In this document: piece after piece, positions 48,001 through 63,130 of the stretch | How the letters are laid out: each line of letters starts with the position of its first letter | Numbering within the stretch: position 1 is the stretch's first letter | Source: Bugula neritina | Lineage: Eukaryota > Animalia > Bryozoa | Direction of reading: 5' to 3' | DNA length: 64,000 nt | Assembly (NCBI GenBank): GCA_964035545.1 | Contig: CAXIUT010000230.1 | Span: 682,001 to 746,000, forward strand | Notes under the pieces: model-generated | Told to the model about the DNA's origin: nothing | Database searches by the model: none | What the model saw: only the letters and a program-made list of their open reading frames with translations | Program-made: the position numbers and the translations under genes

Positions 48001-51000
48001 ACAGACTGAAATATACTCTAACATACCGAAATACACTGCCACACACTGAAGTATACTGTAATATACAGAAATGTTCTGTAACATACTGAAACATACTGTA
48101 AGTGGTGCAACATACTGAGATACACTGTGATACACTGAAATACACTGCAACACACTGCAACATACTGCAACATACTGAAATACACTGTAGCATATTGAAA
48201 TACACTGCAACATACTGAAATACATTGGAACATAATGGAATACACTGCAACACATTGAAATATACTGCAACACACTGAAACATACGGCAACATACTGAAA
48301 TACACTGCGACGCCGTAAAATATACTGCAACATACTGAAATATAATGCAACATATCGCAATGAATGGTAAACTAGTGAAATATACTGTAACATAATGAAA
48401 CATACCGGAACATACTGCAACATAACAAAATATAGTGCAACACATTGAAATATACGGCAACACACCGAAATATACTGCGACACATTAAAATATACTGCAA
48501 CATACTGAAATATACTGGAACATACTGCAACATACTAAAATACACTGCAACATACTGAAATACACTGGAACATATTGAACTACACTGCAACACTCTTAAA
48601 AATACTGCAACACACTGAAACATACGGCAACATACCGAAATAAACGGCAACACGTTGAAAATTACTGCAACATACTGAAATATACTGCGACGCATTAAAA
48701 TATACTGCAACATACTGAAATATACTGCAGCATACTGAAATGTAGTGTAATATACAGAAATACACTGTAAAATACTGAAATATACTGCAACATACTGCAT
48801 TATGCTGAATTACACTTGAACATTATGAAATACACTGCAACACATTGAAATATACTGCGACCTACCGAAATGAATAGTAAACTAGTGAAATATACTGTAA
48901 CATGATGAAACATACCGGAACATACTGCAACTTATTAAAATATACTGTAAAACACTGAAATATACTGCAAGATACTGAAATATACTGTAACATACTGAAA
49001 CCTATGCAACATACTGAAATACGCTGCAACATACTTAAATATACCGCAAAATACTGCAACATACTGAAATACACTATAACACACTGAAATACACTGCAAC
49101 AGACTGAAGTACACTGAAATACACTGTAACATCTTGAAATACATTGCAAAACATCGAAATATACTGCAACATACTGAAATATGCTGTAGCATACTGAAAG
49201 ACACTACAACTCACTGAAGTATAGTGTAATATACGGAAATGTACTGCAACATGCCAAAATATACAGCAACATACCGAAATATACTGCGACACGTTGAAAA
49301 ATACTGCAACATACAGAAATATACTGCAAGTGGTGCAACATACACAAATACACTGTGACACACTGAAATACGCTGAAACAAAATGCAACATACTGCAACA
49401 TCCTGAAATACACTATAACATATCGAAATACAGTGCAACATACTGCAACATAATGCAACATACTGAAATACATTGTAACATATCGAAATACACTGCAACA
49501 TACCGAAATACACTGGAACATAATGGAATACACTGCAACACATTGAAATATACTGCAACACACTGAAACATGAGGTAACACAATGAAATATACTGCGACA
49601 CATTAAAATATACTGCAACATACTGAAATATACTGCAACATACCGAAATGTAATGTAATATACAGAAATGCACTGTAACCTACTGAAATATACTGTAAAA
49701 CACTGAAATATACTCTAACATACCAAAATACACTGCAACATACTGAAATATACTGCAACATACTGCAACATACTGAATTACACTTGAACATAATGAAACA
49801 CACTGCAACACTCTGAAACATACTGCAACACACTGAAACATACGGCAACATACCGAAATAAACTGCGACACGTTGAAAATTACTGCAACATACTGAAATA
49901 TACTGCAAAACGTTGAAAAAAACTGCAACATACTGAAATATACTGCAACATACTGCAACATACTGAAATACACTGGAACATATTGAAATACACTGCAACA
50001 CTCTGAAACATACTGCAACACACTGAAACATACGGCAACATACCGAAATAAACTGCGACACGTTGAAAATTACTGCAACATACTGAAATATACTGCAAGT
50101 GGTGCAACATACTGAAATACACTGTGACACACTGAAATACACTGCAACATACTGCAACATACTGAAATATACTGCGACGCATTACAATATACTGCAACAT
50201 ACTGAAATATACTGCAACATACTGAAATGTAGTGTAATATACAGAAATACACTGTAACATACTGAAATATACTGCAACATACTGCATTATACTGAATTAC
50301 ACTTGAACATAATAAAATACACTGCAACACACTGAAATATACTGCAACATACTGCAACATACTGAAATAGACTATAACACACTGAAATACACTGCAACGT
50401 ACTGAAGTACACTGAAATACGCTGTAACATATTGAAATACATTGCAAAACATCGAAACAGACTGCAACATACTGAAATATGCTGTAGCATACTGAAAGAC
50501 ACTAAAACTCACTGAAGTATAGTGTAATAAACGGAAATGTCCTGCAACATGCCGAAATATACTGCAACATACTGAAATACACGGGAACAATTTGATATGT
50601 ACTGCAACACATTGAAATATATTGCAACACACTGAAACATAAGGCAAAATACTGAAATATACTCTGACACATTGAAGTATACTGCAACATACTAAAATAT
50701 ACTGCAACATACTGCAACATCCTAAAATACACTGTAACATATTGAACTACACTGCAACATACTGAAACATACTGCAACATACTGAAATATACTGCAACTT
50801 ACTGAAATACACTATAACGTATTGAAATATACTGCAATATACTTAATTACACTCTAAGATACTGAAATATGCTATAGCATACTGAAATACACTGCAACAC
50901 ACTGAAGTATACTGTAGTACACTGAAATCTAATGCAACAAACTGATTTATACTGCAACATACTGCAACATACTGAAATACACATGAACATATTGAAATAC

Positions 51001-52630
51001 ACTGCGACACATTGAAATATACTGCAACATACTGAAATATACTGCAAAATACTGCAAGATACTGAAATAGACCTTGACATACTGAAATACACTGCAACAT
51101 ACTCCAAGAAACTGCAACATACTGAAATACACTGTAACATATTGAAATACACTGCATAATACTGCAACATACTGAAATATACTGCAAGTGGTGCAACATA
51201 CTGAAATACACTGTGACACACTGAAATACACTGAAACGTAACGCAACATACTGCAACATACTGAAAACACTGTAACATATTGAAATACACTGCAACATAC
51301 TGAAAAACACTATAACATACTGAAATATACTGCAACATCCTGAAATACACTGTAACAGACTGAAATATACTCTAACATACCGAAATACATTGTAACATAC
51401 TGAAATATACTGCAACATACTGCAACATACTGAATTACACTTGAACAGAGTGAAATACACTGCAACACATTGAAACATACTGCAACATTTCGGAATGATT
51501 GGTAAACTAGTAAAATATACTGTAACATAATGAAACATACCGGAAGATACTGCAACATAATAAAATATATTGTAACACACTGAAATATGCGGCAACATAC
51601 CGAAATATACTGCAAGTGGTGCAACATACTGAAATACACATGAACATATTGAAATACACTGCGACACATTGAAATACACTGCAACATACTGAAATGTACT
51701 GCATAATACTGCAACATACTGAAATACACTGGAACATATTGATATACACTGTAACACATTGAAATATACTGCAATACACTGAAACATACGGCAAAATACC
51801 GAAATATACTGCGACACCTTGAAAAATACTGCAACATACTGAAATATACTGCAAGTGGTGCAACAAACTGAAATACACGGTGACACACTGAAATATTTTG
51901 CAACATACTGCAACATACTGCAACATACTGCAACATACTGAAATATACTGCGACATATTAAAATATACTGCAACATACTGAGATATACTGGAACATACTG
52001 CAACATAAAAAAAAACACTTGAACATAATGAAATACACTGCAACACATTGAAATATACTGCAACATATTAAAATGAATGGTAAACTAGTAAAATTTACTG
52101 TAACACAATGAAACATGCCGGAACATACTGCAACATAACAAACTATAGTGCAACACATTGAAATATACGGCAACTTACCGAAATAAACTGCGACACGTTG
52201 AAAATTACTGCAACATACTGAAGTATACTGCAAGTGGTGCAACATACTGAAATACACTGTGACACACTGAAATACACTGAAACATAATGCAACATAGTGC
52301 AACATACTGAAATACACTGTAACATATCGAAATACACTGCAACATACTGCAACATACTGCAACATACTGAAATACACTGTAACATATCGAAATACACTGC
52401 AACATACTGCAACATACTGAAATGCACCGGAACATAATGGAATACACTGCAACACATTGAAATATACTGCAACAGACTGAAACATAAAGTAACACAATGA
52501 AGTATACTGCGACACATTAAAATATACTGCAACATACTGAAATATACTGCAACATACTGAAATGTAATGTAATATACAGAAATGTACTGTAACATACTGA
52601 AATATACTGTAACAGACTGAAATATACTCT
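45090..52630. repeat. Duplicated ~2.6-kb block at 4790-4900 bp offset (~45.1-47.8 kb and ~50.0-52.6 kb)
   Basis: Private variant ACGGGAACAATTTGATATG at 45791/50581. ORF offsets 45712/50502, 46053/50843 and 46717/51507 all equal 4790. Confidence 0.85.
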
Positions 52631-53519
52631 AACATACCAAAATACACTGTAACACACTGAAATACACTGCAACATACTGAAGTACACTGAAATACACTGT
52701 AACATATTGAAATACATTGCAAAACATCGAAATAGACTGCAACATACTGAAATATGCTGTAGCATACTGAAAGACACTAAAACTCACTGAAGTATAGTGT
52801 AATAAGCGGAAATGTACTGCAACATGCCGAAATATACTGCAACATACTGAAATACACCGGAACGTTTTGATATGCACTGCAACGCATTGAAATACACTGC
52901 AACACACTGAAACATAAGGCAAAATACTGAAATATACTGTGACACATTGAAATATACTGCAACATACTAAAATATACTGCAACATACTGCAACATCATAA
53001 AATACACTGTAACATATTGAACTACACTGCAACATACCGAAACATACTGCAACATACTGAAATATACTGCAACTTACTGAAATACACTATACCGTATTGA
53101 AATATACTGCAATATACTTAATTACACTCTAAGATACTGAAGTATGCTGTAGCATACTGAAATACACTGCAACACACTGAAGTATACTGTAGTACACTGA
53201 AATCTAATGCAACATACTGATTTATACTGCAACATACTGCAACATACTGAAATACACATGAACATATTGTAATACACTGCGACACATTGAAATATACTGC
53301 AACATACTGAAATATACTGCAAGATACTGCAAGATACTGAAATAGACTTTGACATACTGAAATACACTGCAACATACTGCAAGAAACTGCAACATACTGA
53401 AATACACTGTAACATATTGATATACACTGTAACACATTGAAATATACTGCAACACACTGAAACATACGGCAAAATACCGAAATATACTGCGACACCTTGA
53501 AAAATAATGCAACATACTG

Positions 53520-56420
53520 AAATATACTGCAAGTGGTGCAACATACTGAAATACACTGTGACAAACTGAAATACACTGAAACGCAACGCAACATACTGCA
53601 AAATACTGAAAAACACTATAACATACTGAAATATACTGCAACATACTGAATTACACTTGAACATAGTGAAATACACTGCAACACATTGAAACATACTGCA
53701 ACATTTCGAAATGAATGGTAAACTGGTAAAATATACTGTAACATAATGAAACATACCGGAACATACTGCAACATAATAAAATATTTTGTAACACACTGAA
53801 ATATGCGGCAACATACCGAAATATACTGCAACACATTGAAAAATACTGCAACATACCGAAATATACTGCAACATACTGCAACATACTGAAATACACTGGA
53901 ACATATTGAACTACACTGCAACACTCTGAAATATACTGCAACACACTGAAACATACGACAACATACCGAAATAAACTGCGACACGTTGAAAATTACTGCA
54001 ACATACTGAAATATGCTGCGACGCATTAAAATATACTGCAACATACTGAAATATACTGCAACATACTGAAATGTAGTGTAATGTACAGAAATACACTGTA
54101 ACATACTGAAATATACTGCAACATACTGCATTATGCTGAATTACACTTGAACATTATGAAATACACTGCAACACATTGAAATATACTGCGACATACCGAA
54201 ATGAATAGTAAACTAGTGAAATATACTGTAACATGATGAAACATACCGGAACATACTGCAACTTAACAAAATATACTGTAACACACTGAAATATACTGCA
54301 AGATACTGAAATATACTGTAACATACTGAAACCTATGCAACATACTGAAATACGCTGCAACATACTTAAATATACTGCAAGATACTGCAACATATTGAAA
54401 TACACTATAACACACTGAAATACACTGCAACATACTGAAGTACACTGAAATACACTGTAACATATTGAAATACATTGCAAAACATCGAAATATACTGCAA
54501 CATACTGAAATATGCTGTAGCATACTGAAAGACACTACAACTCGCTGAAGTATAGTGTAATATACGGAAATGTACTGCAACATGCCAAAATATACAGCAA
54601 CATACTGAAATATACTGCAAGTGGTGCAACATACACAATTACACCGTGACACACTGAAATACGCTGAAACACAATGCAACATACTGCAATATCCTGAAAT
54701 ACACTGTAACATATCGAAATACACTGCAACATACTGAAATACATTGTAACATATCGAAATACACTGCAACATACTGCAACATACCGAAATACACTGGAAC
54801 ATAATGGAATACACTGCAACACAATGAAATATACTGCAACACACTGAAACATGAGGTAACACAATGAAATATACTGCGACACATTAAAATATACTGCAAC
54901 ATACTGAAATATACTGCAACATACTGAAATGTAATGTAATATACAGAAATGCACTGTAACATACTGAAATATACTGCAAGTGGTGCAACATACTGAAATA
55001 CACTGTGACAAACTGAAATACACTGAAACGCAACGCAACATACTGCAAAATACTGAAAAACACTATAACATACTGAAATATACTGCAACATACTGAATTA
55101 CACTTGAACATAGTGAAATACACTGCAACACATTGAAACATACTGCAACATTTCGAAATGAATGGTAAACTGGTAAAATATACTGTAACATAATGAAACA
55201 TACCGGAACATACTGCAACATAATAAAATATTTTGTAACACACTGAAATATGCGGCAACATACCGAAATATACTGCAACACATTGAAAAATACTGCAACA
55301 TACCGAAATATACTGCAACATACTGCAACATACTGAAATACACTGGAACATATTGAACTACACTGCAACACTCTGAAATATACTGCAACACACTGAAACA
55401 TACGACAACATACCGAAATAAACTGCGACACGTTGAAAATTACTGCAACATACTGAAATATGCTGCGACGCATTAAAATATACTGCAACATACTGAAATA
55501 TACTGCAACATACTGAAATGTAGTGTAATGTACAGAAATACACTGTAACATACTGAAATATACTGCAACATACTGCATTATGCTGAATTACACTTGAACA
55601 TTATGAAATACACTGCAACACATTGAAATATACTGCGACATACCGAAATGAATAGTAAACTAGTGAAATATACTGTAACATGATGAAACATACCGGAACA
55701 TACTGCAACTTAACAAAATATACTGTAACACACTGAAATATACTGCAAGATACTGAAATATACTGTAACATACTGAAACCTATGCAACATACTGAAATAC
55801 GCTGCAACATACTTAAATATACTGCAAGATACTGCAACATATTGAAATACACTATAACACACTGAAATACACTGCAACATACTGAAGTACACTGAAATAC
55901 ACTGTAACATATTGAAATACATTGCAAAACATCGAAATATACTGCAACATACTGAAATATGCTGTAGCATACTGAAAGACACTACAACTCGCTGAAGTAT
56001 AGTGTAATATACGGAAATGTACTGCAACATGCCAAAATATACAGCAACATACTGAAATATACTGCAAGTGGTGCAACATACACAATTACACCGTGACACA
56101 CTGAAATACGCTGAAACATAATGCAACATACTGCAATATCCTGAAATACACTGTAACATATCGAAATACACTGCAACATACTGAAATACATTGTAACATA
56201 TCGAAATACACTGCAACATACTGCAACATACCGAAATACACTGGAACATAATGGAATACACTGCAACACAATGAAATATACTGCAACACACTGAAACATG
56301 AGGTAACACAATGAAATATACTGCGACACATTAAAATATACTGCAACATACTGAAATATACTGCAACATACTGAAATGTAATGTAATATACAGAAATGCA
56401 CTGTAACATACTGAAATATA
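53520..56420. repeat. 1447-bp near-identical tandem duplication
   Basis: ORF offsets 53616/55063, 54154/55601 and 54535/55982 all equal 1447. Shared private variants include ATACGACAAC and CACAATTACACCGTG. Confidence 0.9.
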
Positions 56421-59400
56421 CTGTAAAATACTGAAATATACTCTAACATACCGAAATACACTGCAACATACTGAAATATGCCGCAACATACTGCAACATA
56501 CTGAAAACACTGTAACATATTGAAATACACTGCAACATACTGAAAAACACTATAACATACTGAAATATACTGCAACATACTGAAATACACTGTAACAGAC
56601 TGAAATATACTCTAACATACCGAAATACACTGCCACACACTGAAGTATACTATAATATACAGAAATGTTCTGTAACATACTGAAACATACTGTAAGTGGT
56701 GCAACATACTGAGATACACTGTGATACACTGAAATACACTGCAACACACTGCAACATACTGCAACATACTAAAGTACACTGTAACATATTGAAATACACT
56801 GCAACACATTGAAATATACTGCAAAATACTGAAATACACTGCTACATACTGAATTACACTGAAATACACAGCAAAACACTACAACATACTGAAACATACT
56901 GCAACATACTGAAATACACTACTACATACTGAAATATACTGCATCATACTGCACCATACTGAAATACACTGTAACATACTGAAACACACTGCAACATACT
57001 ACAACATATTGAAATACACTGCAACACATTGAAATATACTGCAACATACCTAAATATACGGTAATACTTTGAAATATACTGTAACACATTGAAAAACACT
57101 GCAACATACTGAAATACACTGCAACACACTGAAATACACTGCAAAATACTACAACATACTGAAATACACTGTAACATATTAAAATACACTGCAACACATT
57201 GAAATATACTGCAATGTCCCGAAATATATGGTGAACTACTGAAATATACTGTCACACATTGAAAAATGCTGCAACATACCGAAATATACTGCGACACATT
57301 AAAATATACTGCAACATACTGAAATATACTGGAACATACTGCAACATACTAAAATACACTGCAACATACTGAAATACATTGGAACATATTGGAATACACT
57401 GCAACACATTGAAATATACTGCAACACACTGAAACATACGGCAACATACTGAAATATACTGTGACGCCGTAAAATATACTGCAACATACTGAAATATAAT
57501 GCAACATATCGCAATGAATGGTAAACTAGTGAAATATACTGTAACATAATGAAACATACCGGAACATGCTGCAACATAACAAAATATAGTGCAACACATT
57601 GAAATATACGGCAACATACCGAAATATACTGCAACACATTAAAATATACTGCAACATACTGAAATATACTGGAACACACTGCAACATACTAAAATACACT
57701 GTGACACACTGAAATACACAGCAACATACTGCAACATACTGAAATATACTGCGACGCATTAAAATATACTGCAACATACTGAAATATACTGCAACATATT
57801 GAAATGTAGTGTAATATACAGAAATAGACTGTAACATACTGAAATATACTGCAACATACTGCATTATACTGAATTACACTTGAACATAATGAAATACACT
57901 GCAACACATTGAAATATACTGCGACATACCGAGATGAATGATAAACTAGTGAAATATACTGTAACATAATGAAAGATACCGGAACATACTGCAACTTAAT
58001 AAAATATACTGTAACACACTGAAATATACTGGAAGATACTGCAACATACTGAAATACACTATAACACACTGAAATACACTGCAACATACTGAAGTACACT
58101 GAATTCCACTGTAACATATTGAAATACATTGCAAAACATCGAAATAGACTGCAACATACTGAAGTATGCTGTAGCATACTGAAAGACACTAAAACTCACT
58201 GAAGTATAGTGTGATAAACGGAAATGTACTGCAACATGCCGAAATATAGTGCAACATACTGAAATACACCGGAAGACTTTGATATGCACTGCAACACATT
58301 GAATTATACTGCAACATACTAAAATATACTGCAACATACTGCAACATCCTAAAATGCACTGTAACATACTAAACTACACTGCAACATACTGAAACATACT
58401 GCAATATACTGAAATATACTGCAACTTACTGAAATACACTATAACGTATTGAAATATACTGCAATATACTTAATTACACTCTAAGATACTAAAATATGCT
58501 ATAGCATGCTGAAATACACTGCAACACACTGAAGTATACTGTAGTACACTGAAATCTAATGCAACAAACTGATTTATACTGCAACATACTGCAACATACT
58601 GAAATACACATGAACATATTGAAATACACTGCATAATACTGCAAGAAACTGCAACATACTGAAATACACTGTAACATATTGAAATACACTGCATATTACT
58701 GCAACATACTGAAATACACTGGAACATATTGATATACACTGTAACACATTGAAATATAATGCAACAAACTGAAACATACGGCAAAATACCGAAATATACT
58801 GCGACACCTTGAAAAATAATGCAACATACTGAAATATACTGCAAGTGGTGCAACATACTGAAATACACTGTGACACACTGAAATACACTGAAACGTAACG
58901 CAACATACTGCAATATACTGAAAACACTGTAACATATTGAAATACACTGCAACATACTGAAAAACACTATAACATACTGAAATACACTGTAACAGACTGA
59001 AATACACTCTAACATACCGAAATACATTGTAACATACTGAAACATACTGCAACATACTGCAACATACTGAATTACACTTGAACATAGTGAAATACACTGC
59101 AACACATTGAAATATACTGCAACATATCGAAATGAATGGTAAACTAGTGTAATATACTGTAACATAATGAAACATACCGGAACATACTGCAACATAATAA
59201 AGTATATTGTAACACACTGAAATATGCGGCAACATACCGAAATATACTGCAAGTGGTGCAACATACTGGAATACACATGAACATATTGAAATACACTGCG
59301 ACACATTGAAATATACTGCAACATACTGAAATATACTGCAAGATACTGCAAGATACTGAAATAGACTTTGACATACTGAAATACACTGCAACATACTGCA

Positions 59401-62146
59401 AGAAACTGCAACATACTGAAATACACTGTAACATATTGAAATACACTGCATCATACTGCAACATACTGAATTACACTGGAACATATTGATATACACTGCA
59501 ACACATTGAAATATAATGCAACACACTGAAATATACGGCAACATACCGAAATATACTGCGACACGTTGAAAAATACTGCAACATACTGAAATATACTGCA
59601 AGTGGTGCAACATACTGAAATACACTGTGACACACTGAGATACACTGCAACATACTGCAACATGCTGAAATATACTGCGACACATTAAAATATACTGCAA
59701 CATACTGAAGTATACTGGAACATACTGCAACATACTAAAATACACTGCAACATACTGAAATACATTGCAACACATTAAAATATACTGCAACATACTGAAA
59801 CATACTGCAACATACTGAAATATACTGCAACTTACTGAAATACACTATAACATATTGAAATATACTGCAATATACTTAAAAACACTCTAAGATACTGAAA
59901 TATGCTGTAGCATACCGAAATACACTGCAACACACTGAAGTATACTGTAATACACTGAAATCTAATGCAACATACTGAATTATACTGCAACATACTGCAA
60001 CATGCTGAAATACACCACACATACTGCAACATACTGAAATACACAGGAACATATTGGAATACACTGCGACACATGGAAATATACTGCAACACACTGAAAT
60101 ATACTGGAAGATACTGCAACATACTGAAATACACTATAACACACTGAAATACACTGCAACATACTGAAGTACACTGAAATCCACTGTAACATATTGAAAT
60201 ACATTGCAAAACATCGAAATAGACTGCAACATACTGAAATATGCTGGAGCATACTGAAAGACACTAAAACTCACTGAAGTATAGTGTGATAAACGGAAAT
60301 GTACTGCAACATGCCGAAATATACTGCAACATACTGAAATACACCGGAAGACTTTGATATGCACTGCAACACATTGAAATATACTGCAACATACTAAAAT
60401 ATACTGCAACATACTGCAACATCCTAAAATACACTGTAACATATTGAACTACACTGCAACATACTAAAATATACTGCAATATACTGAAATATACTGCAAC
60501 TTACTGAAATACACTATAACGTATTGAAATATACTGCAATATACTTAATTACACTCTAAGATACTAAAATATGCTATAGCATGCTGAAATACACTGCAAC
60601 ACACTGAAGTATACTGTAGTACACTGAAATCTAATGCAACAAACTGATTTATACTGCAACATACTGCAACATACTGAAATACACATGAACATATTGAAAT
60701 ACATTGCATAATACTGCAAGAAACTGCAACATACTGAAATACACTGTAACATATTGAAATACACTGCATAATACTGCAACATACTGAAATACACTGGAAC
60801 ATATTGATATACACTGTAACACATTGAAATATACTGCAACAAACTGAAACATACGGCAAAATACCGAAATATACTGCGACACCTTGAAAAATACTGCAAC
60901 ATACTGAAATATACTGCAACACACTGAAACATACGGCAACATACCGAAATAAACTGCGACACGTTGAAAATTACTGCAACATACTGAAATATACTGTGAC
61001 GCCTTAAAATATACTGCAACATAGTGAAATAGACTGCAAGTGGTGCAACATACTGAAATACACTGTGACACACTGAAATACACTGCAACATACTGCAACA
61101 TACTGCAACATACTGAAATATTGTGCGACAAAATAAAATATACTGCAACATATTGAAATATACTGTAACATACTGCAACATACTAAAATACACTGCAACA
61201 CATTAAAATATACTGCAACATACTGAAACATACTGCAACATACTTAAATACACTGTGACACTCTGAAATACACTGCAACATACTGCAACATACTGCAACA
61301 TACTGAATTACACTGGAACATATTGATATACACTGCAACACATTGAAATATACTGCAACACACTGAACCATATGGCAACATACCGAAATTTACTGCGACA
61401 CACTGAAAAATACTGCAACATACTGCAACATACTGTAACACACTGAAATATACTCTAACATGCCGAAATACACTGTAACATACTGAAATATACTGCAACA
61501 TACTGCAACATACTGAATTACACTTGAACTTAATGAAATACACTGCAACACATTGAAATATACTGCAACATATCAAAATGAATGGTAAACTAGTAAAATT
61601 TACTGTAACAAAATGAAACATGCCGGAACATACTGCAACCTAACAAAATATAGTGCAACACATTGAAATATACGGCAACATACCGAAATATACTGCGACA
61701 CGTTGAAAAATACTGCAACATACTGAAATATACTGCAAGTGGTGCAACATACTGAAATACACTGTGACACACTGAGATACACTGCAACATACTGCAACAT
61801 ACTGCAACATGCTGAAATATACTGCGACACATTAAAATATACTGCAACATACTGAAGTATACTGGAACATACTGCAACATACTAAAATACACTGCAACAT
61901 ACTGAAATACATTGCAACACATTAAAATATACTGCAACATACTGAAACATACTGCAACATACTGAAATATACTGCAACTTACTGAAATACACTATAACAT
62001 ATTGAAATATACTGCAATATACTTAAAAACACTCTAAGATACTGAAATATGCTGTAGCATACTGAAATACACTGCAACACACTGAAGTATACTGTAATAC
62101 ACTGAAATCTAATGCAACATACTGAATTATACTGCAACATACTGCA

Positions 62147-62956
62147 ATGTGTATTTTCTATGCCGACGACACTAATTTATTTTTTGAATCAAAAGATTTG
62201 AACTCCCATTTGGAAGCTATAAATCAAGATCTAAACTCTCTGTCAATTTGGTGCAATAAAAACAAACTCACTATAAACTATGAAAAATGCAACTATATTG
62301 TTTTAAAAAACTACCAAAATCCTTTTCAAATTCTAGAAAACTGTATATTATTAAATAAAAGACCTATAAATTACTCTAACAGCATAACTTTTCTAGGTGT
62401 ACAAATAGATAAAAATTTAAATTGGAGCTTGCACATCTCAAACCTACTTACAAAATTACGACCACTTAGTGGATTAATATACCGATGTTCTGAATATCTC
62501 CCTCAAAAAATTTTACTTTTGATATATAATTCTTTCATCAATTCCAAGTTAAATTATTGTGCAGAGGCCTGGGGAAATGCAGCTAATACCCATCTAAACA
62601 AGATTTTTATTTTTCAAAAAAAGGTAATGCGTATCATGAACAAAAAACCGTTTGACCATCCATCAGCGCCTCTATTTACTAAGCATAAAGTTCTCTCAAT
62701 ATACCAGATTTACCGTTTTAAAGTGTTAAAGAAAGCTCATTCTTTTTTCTACTCTGACAATTTTTTTCCCACTCACTCTATCAATACACGTCAATCATTC
62801 ATAAATCTCCCCCTTCCTCACTCTCAAACAGCAGCAGGTCACAGAAGAAACTGTTATCAGGAGGTGGCACTATGGAATGAACTGCCAATCCCTTTACGGT
62901 CAATTAGCAACCCTAATGAATTTGGGAGGAAGTTGAGGCTTTATCTGTTAGAATAG
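62147..62956 (+). pseudogene. C-terminal fragment of LINE ORF2 (reverse transcriptase from the YADD motif to the stop), 269 codons uninterrupted
   Basis: Motifs FYADDTNL, WC..NKL.IN.EK, ITFLGV.ID..LNW..HI, YC.E.WG, QKK.MR and LWNELP are typical of non-LTR RT and its C-terminal region. The endonuclease and N-terminal RT motifs are missing, so it cannot be a functional RT. The ATG spans the satellite/LINE junction. Confidence 0.92.
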
Positions 62957-63130
62957 TTGTATTTTTTTTTGTATTTTTCTGGATAGAGTCGCTGTCAGCT
63001 CGTGTTGGCCCGCGCATGACTAGCTAGGCTATAGCGCAATGGGCCTCATCATCGCCTCCTTGGCATTTTCTAATGTCCTTGTGTTATTAAATACCTTTGA
63101 TGAAATAAACCAAACAAACAAACAAACAAA
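62148..63130 (+). mobile_element. 5'-truncated non-LTR retrotransposon (LINE; CR1/L2/Crack-like group), 983 bp
   Basis: RT C-terminal ORF, 3' UTR, AATAAA and a (CAAA)5 tail. Empty paralogous site CATACTGCAA|CATGCTGAAATACACCACAC at 59991-60020. No TSD beyond a possible AA. The clade is assigned from motif memory only. Confidence 0.93.
63104..63130 (+). other. LINE 3' end: AATAAA (63104-63109) followed by (CAAA)5 tail (63111-63130)
   Basis: Sequence ...GAAATAAACCAAACAAACAAACAAACAAA is directly followed by resumed satellite. Confidence 0.88.

Noticed and set aside
42592-60147. Short plus-strand ORFs (42592-42798, 49294-49566, 59965-60147)
   Set aside because: These are chance stop-free runs in satellite sequence (repeats of CNILKYTAT).
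62147-62956. Retron, DGR, group II intron or telomerase-like RT generating the array
   Set aside because: The C-terminal motifs, 5' truncation, 3' UTR and tandem tail identify a LINE fragment. The empty paralogous site shows it arrived after the array formed, and it contains no template for the decamer.
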